DNA of 63,456 bases, filler included, from Bonamia ostreae (GCA_040357525.1; 39 parts of 39 records of this genome joined end to end with filler, not necessarily neighbours in it); one strand, 5' to 3'; shown: positions 38,356 through 49,870, counted from the first letter of the whole stretch. The notes: generated by a model not told the origin, from the sequence alone. Numbers and translations: made by a program.

Positions 38356-38520
38356 CATTTTTAGAATTGTCCTTTCGTACATTTCATGTATGTCCTTGAG
38401 GTCATATTTAGCATCACAGTCCATCATTAAACAAGTGTACTCGTCACCAGCTGGGTCATCTAACATTCGTCTCATGCAAATGAAGCAAATCCCATGTTTG
38501 CAAGCAGGCACATCAAATGT
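38356..38520 (-). CDS. RING-like exon of a host gene
   Basis: 165-nt exon bounded by TTCAG and GTTTGTGAG, reading TFDVPACKHGICFICMRRMLDDPAGDEYTCLMMDCDAKY. Confidence 0.5.
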
Positions 38521-39229
38521 CTGAAATTGTTATAAGCATACACACATATCTTGTTTCATATCTTAATTGATTTTCAGAGATTTTCTAAGATATATCTTAG
38601 AGCAATTAATAGAAATGTAGATTTCAATATACAGTTTAACGGACAACTTTGGGCTCAAAACCAGTGTTTTTAATTTTTATGAACTGTATTATTATAAAAA
38701 TAAAATTAGTACCCAGTTTCTAATTGCACAGTTACGGATTATTGAGATGTACTGCTTGGTCGGTAATGTATCATGCAAGCACAGATTGTTCGAGGTACAA
38801 TTTCTTTGGTGAAACAAGTTTTGCAGACATTGTTTTGAAATACAAAAAGCAAGTGCAGTGAATTCCATATCAAAATATGATGCGTACTTGAGCATTACTA
38901 ATCCTTCCAGTCCATATTATTACCTATTATGGATTCATACTTTTTTATTTATTTATTGCGACACCAATTCCACATTTTCAATATTGCAGGTTGCATCACT
39001 CCAGTCAGTTGGAGGTTCATGTTGAATCATAACCGAAAGAAAAAAATCCTCGTATTATAGGACTCTCCTTACGAGGTAGGCTCCCCGAGTTCTGTGAGGT
39101 GTAAATCCAAGTATTGTGTTTGATATTTTNNNNNNNNNNNNNNNNNNNNNNNNNNNNNNNNNNNNNNNNNNNNTTAATTAATTAANNNNNNNNNNNNNNN
39201 NNNNNNNNNNNNNNNNNNNNNNNNNNNNN

Positions 39230-40744
39230 GTACATTACGAATTTGCAATTTTTTGTTACCGGAAAAAAGTTTTGTTGTGTACATTACGAATTTGCAATTT
39301 TTTGTTATAAAAAAACTGTCCATGATATCGATTTTGCCGGGTACTTTCAAAATATAAGTGAAGACAGATTGAATTTTGTCGATGTCTTTCGGATCGGAAT
39401 ATTTTAACAGATTTTTGAACAAATCAAGAACCAAATTTTCATTCGCGTTATGAGTTGCTATCAACTTTCCGATTATTATCGATCCATTAATGCTCAAAGT
39501 CGTGTTTGTTGATTTTTGGGCCAAAAGTGCACAGTTTACAATTTTCTGTTTCAGGTTTAATATTCCCTCGATGATTCCAATACATTTTTCAAGCATCTTT
39601 TTGTTCATTAAAATTGAGCAAATTTTCGTATTAAAAAAAATTACAAAATAAAATTTTTGTATTTAAGACATTACAAAAAGATTTCAAAAATAAATTTTTG
39701 TATTTAAGAAATTACAAAAAGATTTCAAAAATAACTTTTTGTATTTAAAAATTCAAAAAAAATAAAAATTACAAAAATAAATTTTCCTATAAAAAATTCA
39801 AAAAATTACAAAAATAAATTTCCTCATTTAAAAAATTAAAAAAATATATTGAAATAAATTATCAGAAACAAGATTTTTTGTATTAAAAGATTACGAAAAA
39901 ATTTCGAATAAAAAAAATTAAAAAAAAAATATAATTTGACCTTAAAAAATTCAATTTTAAAATCATCAGAAGACTTGTTCTGAGAAGTAATTTCACAATT
40001 TATCAAAGTGGAAATGTTCTCCGAAAGCTTTTTGTTGATATTGACGAAAAATCTCGGGTCGTTTAAAATGGGGTTTATGATATGTTTCATTATCTCCAAT
40101 TGCTCTCCTTCGAATTTTTTGAAATATTGGCAGCACGCGAAAACCGAAAAAACGCTCATTTTCTGTCGAACGTTAAGTTGCGGAATCATTTTGCGGAAGT
40201 GAACGATCAGAAAAGTTTTGTTTCCAATCAGCTCTTCTCGAAAGTACTTTGTGATCGCCGTCAAATTATCTTGGTCGACGAAGAAACGCTCTGAATGGAA
40301 AAGAAGACATTTTACGGCCAGTTGAGTTTCTTCGTTTATGTGATAAATCGGTTTCAGCTTTTTCGTATATGTTAACGGAGCTTTAACATCCGATAACGCA
40401 TTTTTTGAGGATTCGTATGAACCTCTGAAAACGTATTTTAGATAATCGGACAAAAATGTGCGCACTGTTTCTGATAATTTTGAGGAATTTTGTTTTAGAA
40501 TAGTCCATAATATTTTTACGATCTTTTTAATTGCGAAAATTATTTTCGTTTAAAAATTGATTTTTCGATAAAGTGAATAAAAATGTGATTTGGAGAAACG
40601 AATAAAAACGATCGAACTCAAATTAATTTGATCGTTTTCGATTCGATTGACAGAATAAATAATCGCGTCGATATTCTGTTTTAGCAAAAATCGGAATTTA
40701 ATCGGATCAGTTCTTTCAATTACGGATAAAAGCAATTTTAGCAA
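39230..40744 (-). CDS. Large helical-repeat (HEAT/ARM-like) protist protein, internal exons
   Basis: Three collinear minus-strand ORFs of amphipathic helical character, separated by AT-rich GTT...AG introns. No family identified. Confidence 0.45.
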
Positions 40745-41899
40745 TTTTGGTTCAGNNNNNNNNNNNNNNNNNNNNNNNNNNNNNNNNNNNNNNNNNNNNT
40801 TAATTAATTAANNNNNNNNNNNNNNNNNNNNNNNNNNNNNNNNNNNNNNNNNNNNAAATCTAATTATAATTGTAAAAAGATGTCCAAAAATTTTTATTAT
40901 TACAAAAATTCTAAAAACGCAGTTCAAAAAATTAAAAGATACATTTTAAATCATATTATTAAGGCATTTAATAGAATCCTGTTTTTAATTCAGCTTTATC
41001 ATCAGAGTTATCTCCACAAAAAAGTAATGCGGAAAATAATGCACAAATGGTTGCTCCAAGAATACAAAAGACGTTAAAAACATCTAAAGATTCTACAAAT
41101 TAACAGAAAAACCTTTGTTTTTGATCAATTCTAATACATTAACGATAGCCGTAGCTATAATAAAAGCGGCAGCAATAAAAGCTAATATAAGAGCTTTGGT
41201 ATGTTTTACAATTTTAGCACATATATTTTTGATAGCCATTTTTTGGTTTGTTAACTTAAATTTTATTGTAAAGTGTAACAAAAACAAAGCTCTTTTGGTT
41301 TGATTGGAATTTATGATTAACTTCATTTTTATTAATAACAAATATGATTTTCTTTTCTATAAAATTTTTTCTTTAGAAGTTTATCTAATTAATCTTCGGT
41401 TTTTGAAAAACATAAAAACAGTTAAATTTTGGTTTAATTTGTTTTTTTGCCAAATTTTTTGGTATATTAAGCTTGAATAATCTTTTCATCGCCAATAAAA
41501 ATGTTTTATCTTCTTATTTTTAAATAGTTTCGTTAAAAAAAATTTCTGATATTTTTAAATAATTTCTGATATTTTGTCATCTTTAAAAGATTCTCAGGAT
41601 AAACAGCCAAATCTAGATTGTTTTACTTCTCAAATTTTTCTAACCATCTTTTAAAATAGCTGTTAAGCATTTGATGCTGCGAATCCAGATTGTCCATATT
41701 TGTTTTATATTTAAGAGCGGTTTGCTTGACTTTTTGATCTAACGATCTGGATGTTTGCTTGTATCCGTTAATTCAATAAAGAATTATTATCTTAATTCTT
41801 TTTAAATCTTATTCAATTTCAAGAAACTTCACAAAGATTTTTTATAAATTTCGTATTGCGCATTAGATAAATTTAGCGTTTGTATATAAATCAGTGTGC

Positions 41900-42130
41900 C
41901 GCCGATTAGTTTAACGTCTGTAATTGGTAAATTGTTTGAAAGTATTGTAAATAACTGATTAAAAATTGTCTGTAAAAAATAAATGGTTACCAAAATATCA
42001 AAATAGTTTTAGATAAAACCGTTTAACTGTTAATGATTTAATTGTTTTACAAAAATAGATTCATAAATCATTTAAAATAAAGTTTTTTTGGCAGTATGTC
42101 TAGTTATTAAAATAGCGTATGATTATGTAA
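41900..42130 (+). pseudogene. Non-LTR retrotransposon reverse transcriptase relic
   Basis: PISLTSVIGKLFESIVNN*LK, QNSFR*NRLTVNDLIVLQK*IHKSF and LAVCLVIKIAYDYV correspond to early LINE RT motifs, with stops and frameshifts. Confidence 0.8.
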
Positions 42131-42481
42131 GTTCATAAAATATAATTATAAAAGTTTTCGAATCATTTATGTTATAAAAAGAAGTGCAAATATTCTTTTA
42201 AAGTGGAAAAATCAGTAAAGTTAAATGAATTTTACTCAAATATATTTTTTTTGTAATAAATGGTTGAAAAATCCAATAAAGTTTGAAAAGAGGTTAGTTC
42301 TGTTTAGAAAAATCAATATATATTTTACTGAGCGAGGAAGTTCTGTTTAAAAAAGAAACATTGGAAGGATCGAAAGGATATNNNNNNNNNNNNNNNNNNN
42401 NNNNNNNNNNNNNNNNNNNNNNNNNTTAATTAATTAANNNNNNNNNNNNNNNNNNNNNNNNNNNNNNNNNNNNNNNNNNNN

Positions 42482-42580
42482 TTTTTATAATTTGGTAATC
42501 AAATTAAGCGGAAGACAATTTTTATAATTTGGTAATCAAATTAAGCGGAAGACAATTTTTATAATTTGGTAATTAAATTA
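42482..42580. repeat. 37-bp tandem repeat within the CAP-G first intron
   Basis: TTTTTATAATTTGGTAATCAAATTAAGCGGAAGACAA repeated about 2.6 times. Confidence 0.85.
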
Positions 42581-42623
42581 TAAGGCAAATTTTTATCGTT
42601 AATTGAAATGCAAATTTTTGAAC

Positions 42624-42889
42624 AATATAAGGCCGCTGCTATACACGTCCACCCAATTCCTACCGTTGTGATCGGTTGTGGGAAATGTGGCGATTCGCGC
42701 GACAAATTTTAGAACTCGTTTTAGAGGAACAGTTTGCTTTTCAATGAAGAAGATTCGCTTGAGATACCGAAACAAATCTTTCAGAAAAGGCTTCGGGTCT
42801 TTGTGTTGTGCCCGTATTTCCGTTATAAATTGGGGGTGCGAGGAAAAGTTTTTCTGGGATTCTTGCAGACAGTTCTTTACTTCAACCAT
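42624..42889 (-). CDS. NCAPG: Condensin I subunit CAP-G (NCAPG/Ycg1), first exon
   Basis: VKNCLQESQKNFSSH...FLKDLFRYLKRIFFIEKQTVPLKRVLKFVARIAT follows the CAP-G N-terminal pattern F..YLK....YK.EPAVERVI.F.AKF. Confidence 0.65.
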
Positions 42890-42955
42890 AAGCTTTGGCT
42901 GATTTGAATTGGTTTTAAATTTTAGCCGTATAGTTTTAGTTTCTGTTATTTAGCA

Positions 42956-43942
42956 ATGCTAAAATCTTTCTCGATTGGCGTCAAAGATACTAATTCGCGC
43001 ATCGCGCGATCCATCAACATAATTAAACGAAATTTAGATAAATATAGGTCACTTTAATGTCCGAAGCTTTAACATATTTTTATTTTATAATGAAGGTCTG
43101 ACGAACTGGCTGTTTGTTTTAATGGCGGCAAAGATTCCACCGTGTTGATGTTTCTTCTGTTCCTCTGCTACAAATCGAAGGGCGCCAATCTGCTGCCGAA
43201 GGAATTGAGAGTGGTGTGCGTGACAGAAGAAAGGGAATTTGAGGATTTGAGGATTTTTAGGGAAAGAGTGTCCAAAATCCGCAAGTTCGCGATCACATAT
43301 TTGCCACCGCCCATGAAAAAAAGTCTGAACGATTTGGTGCGCTCAGACAAAATTAGGGCGGTTTTTAGCGGACAAAGAGTTGGCGATCCAGGCGCCAAAA
43401 ACATCGCCGAAGAAACTCCTTCTGACAACGGGTACGAACCCTTCCTAAGAATCAACCCCATCTTGCGATGGTCCCACGGCGACGTCTGGGATTTCATCAA
43501 AGCAAATAGAGTGCCGTATTGCGAGCTCTACAGAAAGGGCTACACGAGTCTCGGGATCCCCCCGTTTTCTCTGAAAAATCCATTTCTCTCGCAAGGGCCG
43601 AACCGCTTTTATCCGGCTTGGGATCTGCGCTTGTGGGAAACAGAGAGAATGGGAAGAGGAGTTCCTCTGCGCGATTTTAATGGTCTTTTTTGAGTCCGAA
43701 CGCACTCAAAGACAATCCATTATTCCCTAAAATTTTTAGGCGCTGGAAACCCGAGAGTGTGTCTTGTGGTGAGCAAAGATGCACTGCCGATTTCCAAAAC
43801 ACAACTAGAGTTTGCGAGGCAGAATTTCAGACATCTAATCGCGGCTAATTTAAAAAGCGGTCTTTTGCCCGATATAGTTATTCTGGACAGAAAAGACTTT
43901 AACGAAGCGAAGAAGGATTTCGATCTCGCCTATTTTCTTTGA
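42956..43942 (+). CDS. FLAD1: FAD synthetase (PAPS-reductase family, Fad1/FLAD1)
   Basis: The 48-nt intron 43048-43095 gives ...ELAVCFNGGKDSTVL. Later motifs GQRVGDP, RINPILRWSHGDVWDF, YCELYRKGYTSLG, NPFL and ERMGR. A probable 57-nt intron 43683-43739 extends the frame to 43942; otherwise it stops at 43693. Confidence 0.88.
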
Positions 43943-44261
43943 ATGAGTTATTTTTGTCTTTTCTATTTTTTTTTTTAATAATGTGATTAATTTTTTACTG
44001 TTTATANNNNNNNNNNNNNNNNNNNNNNNNNNNNNNNNNNNNNNNNNNNNTTAATTAATTAANNNNNNNNNNNNNNNNNNNNNNNNNNNNNNNNNNNNNN
44101 NNNNNNATTTTTTATTAATTTTTATTTTTCCGGTTTTGTTATTTTAGATCGATTTTTAATTTTTGTTCATTTTTTAATTCTTTTCTAGATTTTTTTTTGT
44201 TAATTTATATTTTTTATTAATTTTTATTTTTGATCAATTTATTTTTAAATAATCAGTGAAA

Positions 44262-45376
44262 ACATTTTCATACGGCTTCAGCGACTCCCTGTAAAGTCTT
44301 TTCTGACTGGTTGAGACATCAATTTGGTTATTAAAATGAGGAAAAGACGATTTTTCGATATCTTTAGAATAAATGTGGTTGATCTGGACAGCAAGAACAA
44401 TGTCTGGCGACGGATCGCAATTAAAAACAAAGCAACATTTTTCTTCTTCTTTCTATTAAAATTTTACACATTTGTCATATTTTGCAAATTTTTTAGATCA
44501 AAATTTGCCAAAACGTTAAAAGCAAATTCTGCAAATTCCGAAATTCTTTTATTCGCGGAAATGTCATAAAGAGCTGCTCTGCAGAAAAACGGCTCGATCA
44601 AATTTCCGTAATGCATGGAAAATTTTAATGGATAAAAAGCAAATTGAGTCGTTGGTTCCAACTCCCAAATTTCTGGTCTTTCATGTTCAGTCTCAATCTT
44701 TTTTTCAAATTTATTAAAATTGCATTTTCGCAAACTTTTTCATAGGACGAATTGTAACATTGCAAAATGGCTGATTCTTTGACGTTTAGCGAGTTTTGGA
44801 TGTTTCCCAATGGCAGAATTTCAAAATATTGATTTTTGACCAATTGATCAAAATTAATGTTTAAATTTTCTTCGGACACAAAACTGGTCGAAAACGATTC
44901 TGAATCCTTAAAATGACCAAATTTAAACTAGGCTCATGCTAACTGAAATCTCGTTACTGTAATCTTCGTCCGATCTTTCAGTTTTGCTCAATTTCATCGT
45001 TTTTTCTATTTTTTGATAAATTATTTGAAAGTTTTGGCAATTTGAATTTCATCGTTTTTTGATGAAATTTTGATTTTATTGCGAGAAATTTTAATTTTGT
45101 AAAAATTTTAATGCGAAGATAATTTTATTGATTAAAAAAATTTAATGGCGGAAAACCGGATATTGCAAAAGTTTTGAAATTTCCGCTTTCGTTTTGTTTT
45201 GAGCTGATTTGCGAATATTTGAAAGGATGATTCATTTGAACGCTGACAAGCGGTTCAGAAAAAGACTCAATCGCCTTTTTTGCAAGAAAATCGCTCTTTT
45301 CTTTGCTGATTTTATCGTCCAATCTACTATTCAAAGTAGAGTGCTCTACTTTCACTAATTCGTCAAAATTGAACAT
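44262..45376 (-). CDS. DOCK-C/D (Zir/Zizimin) family GEF, N-terminal exons
   Basis: LIEPFFCRAALYDISANKRISEFAEFAFN and CFVFNCDPSPDIVLAVQINHI match the DOCK6-11 IEP.F..LALYD....KISE.F.FDLN and IFS...PS.D.FLV motifs. Introns include 44907-44928 (22 nt). Confidence 0.8.
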
Positions 45377-45820
45377 TCGAGCTTATGGATTTTCAATGCA
45401 ATAATTATACGCAAAATGTAACTTTATTATATGAAAAAATTGTATAATTGTAAATGTTGAAAAAATGTTCTTATTGAATTGTTTTAAAAGACATAAATTC
45501 GAAAAACGTAATGGGACAATTTCAAAGCGCATTTTATTAAAAATTTACGAAAATAAAAATTTTAGAAGATTTGTGATTTTAAAACTGTCGTTTTGTTTGA
45601 AAATCGAAAAAATTGCAAAATATTGTCGTTTNNNNNNNNNNNNNNNNNNNNNNNNNNNNNNNNNNNNNNNNNNNNTTAATTAATTAANNNNNNNNNNNNN
45701 NNNNNNNNNNNNNNNNNNNNNNNNNNNNNNNAATTTAAAGTTTAATAAACTTGAAAACGCCAATTTTTTTGCAATATTCACAAATTTACAAAAAAAAACA
45801 ATTAAAAATTTACAAAATAT

Positions 45821-46069
45821 TTAATCTGCAGTAATTCCCGTTTTGGCCAATTCAGTTGTAGCCAATTTAACGTCTTCTTGCAATTCGGAAAAGGCCTCTG
45901 GACAATCTCGTATGGAAACAACCATTTCAACCGTTTTGGCGAACAACAAAAGCCCTGAAATTAGAGATATCGCGAAAGCCGATTTAAAAAACGAACGATT
46001 GAACCACTGCGCAACAAGCATTAATGCGATAGCACCAAAGACAAAAGCATTCAAACGGCCATTTATCAT
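45821..46069 (-). CDS. DPM3: Dolichol-phosphate mannosyltransferase subunit 3
   Basis: 82 aa with two TM helices followed by RDCPEAFSELQEDVKLATTELAKTG (the DPM3 DCPEA..EL..EI..A..DL..KG motif). Confidence 0.85.
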   Translation of the reverse strand: MINGRLNAFVFGAIALMLVAQWFNRSFFKSAFAISLISGLLLFAKTVEMVVSIRDCPEAFSELQEDVKLATTELAKTGITAD

Positions 46070-46135
46070 TTTACACTCGATTTTGATATTATATTAGAAA
46101 CGTTAGCAAAATTAGAAATGATGTTAAGCTCTAAT

Positions 46136-46666
46136 TTAATGCCGTTCGAAACAAATATCAATGACCTCGTTCTCGTCGAGCATTTTGCCGCCGTACCAAA
46201 ACTCGAACATTCCGTTTTTGCATTTTACGCGGAAACTAAAATTGCCTTCGTTTTCACAATCGAATCGATACACGTTTTGCTCGCTAAACTTCGCGAAGAA
46301 CTTTTTGAATTTGAAGAGATCGTCGAGAACACCAGTGTCGCATTGTTTTTCGACCTGGTCCGATTCTTTCATATTTCAAATCAAACCTACCGCAGTGCAT
46401 TCGGGCTCTCCATTAAACTTAACAATTTTGCCGGTAATGTCGTCCTCGACAAAGTAAACCGGTTCCGGTTTATCAAAACATTCGCCGAACAACCAACCGA
46501 ATTTTTTGTCGTTGTGGAAATTGAGGACTTTGTTCTTGTTTTTGCATTCGATGACAGTTCGTTTTAAGTCCTTTTCGTATCGGTCGTTGAGGTATCTCGG
46601 GAATGGGCAGACTTGCTTGCGAGATGTCAAGATGACATTCAGAAGTAAAATTAGAAAGAAGCTCAT
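46136..46666 (-). CDS. Secreted Cys-rich protein (~169 aa) with two 4-Cys modules
   Basis: Leader MSFFLILLLNVILT. The in-frame TGA is removed by the 21-nt intron 46366-46386. Eight Cys fall in two groups. Confidence 0.6.
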
Positions 46667-46902
46667 TCCGAGTTTATTTTACGAGTTTGTTATATAAGTT
46701 TTTTATAACGAGCTTAAAATATTTTATGTTAGCAGATTTGGATATATAAAAGTAAAACTGAATTGCAAATCGACAAATTAAAAAGAGGAGTTCAAATTGT
46801 TCTAATGTTTTCTAGCAATGCAAACTTTACTATTTCCGTATATAATATAAACAGTCAAAACTTTTACAAAAACAATATAATAAAAACTATTTTATACAAT
46901 TA

Positions 46903-47151
46903 ATGGCTTGTGAAACGATTCAGAAAAAACGCGTCATCCCAATTTCTTTATCAATTGTCTGCTTCGTCTTGTTGGTCTCCACTTTGGTCGCTTTTAAAAA
47001 CGAAAATGTCTCCGAAGAAGGTTTTCTACAAATAAAATAGTTTTGGTCTTCCAAAAAACTTTCATTGTGTTTCTCCTTTTGATGCTCATACGAATTTTCT
47101 TCTACTTAGACAAAGTGAATCGGGCCTTTAAAATATTCTCTCATTTCAAAT
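46903..47151 (+). CDS. Multi-pass membrane protein N-terminus, 3' partial
   Basis: MACETIQKKRVIPISLSIVCFVLLVSTLVAF... is joined to ORF 47043 by the 20-nt intron 47021-47040. Confidence 0.55.
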
Positions 47152-47356
47152 GTTCGGCCAAAGACAATAAAACCAATTTTTATTTTCTTCTTTTTAATAC
47201 ATTCTCCATTAAAACTCGTCTAACAAATAGCAAAAATAAACTTAAATTTTAAAACANNNNNNNNNNNNNNNNNNNNNNNNNNNNNNNNNNNNNNNNNNNN
47301 TTAATTAATTAANNNNNNNNNNNNNNNNNNNNNNNNNNNNNNNNNNNNNNNNNNNN

Positions 47357-47968
47357 AAACTTTGTATTATATTTTTGAGTCCTGTGGCGTACGTTTTGGT
47401 TAAAGCCTGTTTGATTTTTTCAGTTGTCAATCTCCCTACTCTGGCATTGTAAGCATTCTCAATAGTGGTGTCAAGGTCATCCAGAACATCAAGCGCAACT
47501 AGTCCTGAAAACAATAAACCACTCACACGTCCTGTTGCAGCCACGGCTCTTGCAGCATTATGTTTTACTACCATCTGTGTCATCAGGACACCTGTTGCAA
47601 CGGCTGGTGCACTGGAAGCAAAGAAGGGAACAAGAGTAGAGACGTTTTTTTTTTCGACATCAACGGGGGAAGTAAATCCTTTCATCTTCTCTGTAATCTT
47701 AGGAAGCGATTCATGTATGATGGTAAATTGTTCCGTAATCTTCTCCATGACATCTCTTTTAAACATTTCTTCAATGTTTGCCCGTTGCCAAATACATGTT
47801 TTTTTCACAATTCGAGAATCTATTTCGCTTCCAATTTTAATCCTGATATACTTTCCAATGCCTTGTAAAATTTCTGTTTTGAACTCTGGGCTATGAATGT
47901 ATCCATGGAGAGCCTTTGTCGTTTCTTCAAGAAAGTCATCCACATTTTGCTGAAGATTTTCTAAAGCC
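47357..47968 (-). CDS. Host coding exon, helical with a central hydrophobic hairpin (dynamin/mitofusin-like C-terminal region, tentative)
   Basis: Open for about 200 codons after a TTTCATTTTAG acceptor. The family assignment is only a recalled resemblance to expanded bivalve dynamin-like genes. Confidence 0.4.
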
Positions 47969-48081
47969 TAAAATGAAGGGAAAACCGATTACCTAATATT
48001 TTTGAATATCTGAAGATAGCGAAACATTAATTACTTGATATATAGATTTCAAGAGATTTCAATATAGTTCAAATCAAACAC

Positions 48082-48700
48082 TACGAGGGTTATCCCGAAA
48101 TTCCGTGAACTGGACTTATATATATTTAAAGTATCCATTAGAATTAATAAAAACTGCTATGGATTACCAACCATATCATTGTTCATCAACACCAAAAATT
48201 TCAACCTTGTCCTTTAATTAGCTTTTTCGAGAAAATGCAAGGTAGGGCTCGGTAGCGCAATTTGCGACGTCAATATGTTCGCCCGGTGTTCGCGCTTCTG
48301 TGAAAATCCTTTAACCATAAAAATCTTTTTTTCATTTTGAAAAGCCAAGGCACATGTACCCAACGTGCAGATGCTCTATGCATTCTTGAATTATCCGATA
48401 AAACGAGACGAACAGACGATTTACTGATTCCTAAAATTCCTTCAATCTCTCGTACTGTTCGATAACTGTTTTCCTAAATAGTGTCAGCCAGTAATTTTAC
48501 CGTGGTTTTTTATTACCGTCGGACGGCCTCTTTCCTGGCGTACTGTCCTTTCGAAACCATTTGAATGTGAGGGAAAGAGAAACCTTTCTGAACAATTCTA
48601 TCAATTTTAATTTCGTGTTAGTCTGCGTTGAAGTAAAGCCAAGTTCCGTGCAACATTTTTGGCTTTTCAGTGCGTCATGTTTGACGTTGACATTGCCATT
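48082..48700 (-). mobile_element. Mariner-like transposon relic (host)
   Basis: TA+CGAGGG terminal-repeat-like end at 48082. Minus strand KCCTELGFTSTQT...VSLSLTFKWF and ERGRPTV resemble the mariner N-terminal HTH and GRP motifs. The frame is disrupted. Confidence 0.6.
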
Positions 48701-48980
48701 CTGCTACACATTATCCTATTTAGCTCATCGTCTGTCATAATTGTTGACGGAATTTATAATAGAGACGTTATGTCGTCAATTTTTAAAATAAGTGGTTTCA
48801 AGTCCTCATTTTCAATGATACCGATATCACAACTAATATCATGCCCCGCTGAAAGAAGAAGAGGAACACGTAGGCGGATTNNNNNNNNNNNNNNNNNNNN
48901 NNNNNNNNNNNNNNNNNNNNNNNNTTAATTAATTAANNNNNNNNNNNNNNNNNNNNNNNNNNNNNNNNNNNNNNNNNNNN

Positions 48981-49870
48981 TAAAAACAGATTTTTGTCAC
49001 ACCTTGTCATTGCCTGAAATGCAACCAAATGCTTACGTAGCACTGGCGAAGAGGAATATTTCACCACAACAACATGAACAGGAATATTCTTAGTCTTTAC
49101 AAAGGTAGAAACAACCATCCATTATTTTTTGTTTATTTATGAAAATATTGATCCAAGTACAATGAAACATCAGTATAATATGCTAATGCAACAACAGGTG
49201 TATGAGCGGATACCCAAGAACAGTGAATGGAATTTAGAACTATTTCATTATATGCCTCTTCATGTGACGTCCTACGGGCAGATAAATCTAAGTATATTTT
49301 TCCATTTTACAACATCTTCATCCGACCCCCCCCCTCTCCAGTTACACGAGCAATTTGAGAAGCATCTCCTATGAAAGCAAAGTGATGCGATTGTCATTTT
49401 CTTTCAAAGACAAAAAGGTCCGGAAGAGGGACGTCTTTATTTTTCATCATCCTTCTAACTTGCACGTTTTCCTGATTCTATTTATCGGTCCCTCTACCAA
49501 TCTAACAAAACCTTGATCAACGAAGAGTTGTTTCCTTTCCTGAGAACAATTGAAACATTTTTCGTCAACAAAGTCGACAGATCTTTAATGCTATTGGTTT
49601 TAATGCTTTGAACTGAAGCTTGTCTATATATGATAAAAGCTGATGAATCACTGCCATTTCAAACTCACATCAAAATATCAACACACCTCAGCTCTCAAGA
49701 TTTGTTTCCAAATCTCAATCGACTGCTAGTGTTGGCAACTGAAAGGGGCACTGACAGGAGCTTGCGCTTAAAAATTTGCTCCAAATCAACCTCCCTTCCA
49801 GCTTTATCACGACCACCAATCAAGGTACTGCATAAGCAAACGTTACAAAAGGAACATGCCCATGATTAAC
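48981..49870 (-). mobile_element. Academ-type (XPG/FEN1-like nuclease-encoding) DNA transposon relic (host)
   Basis: Fragments in order: REVDLEQIFKRKLLSVPLSVANTSSRLRFGNKS, SAFIIYRQASVQ, KDVP, YTDV and IPVH...LVAFQAMTRCD (a decayed FHALTGCD). Confidence 0.55.
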
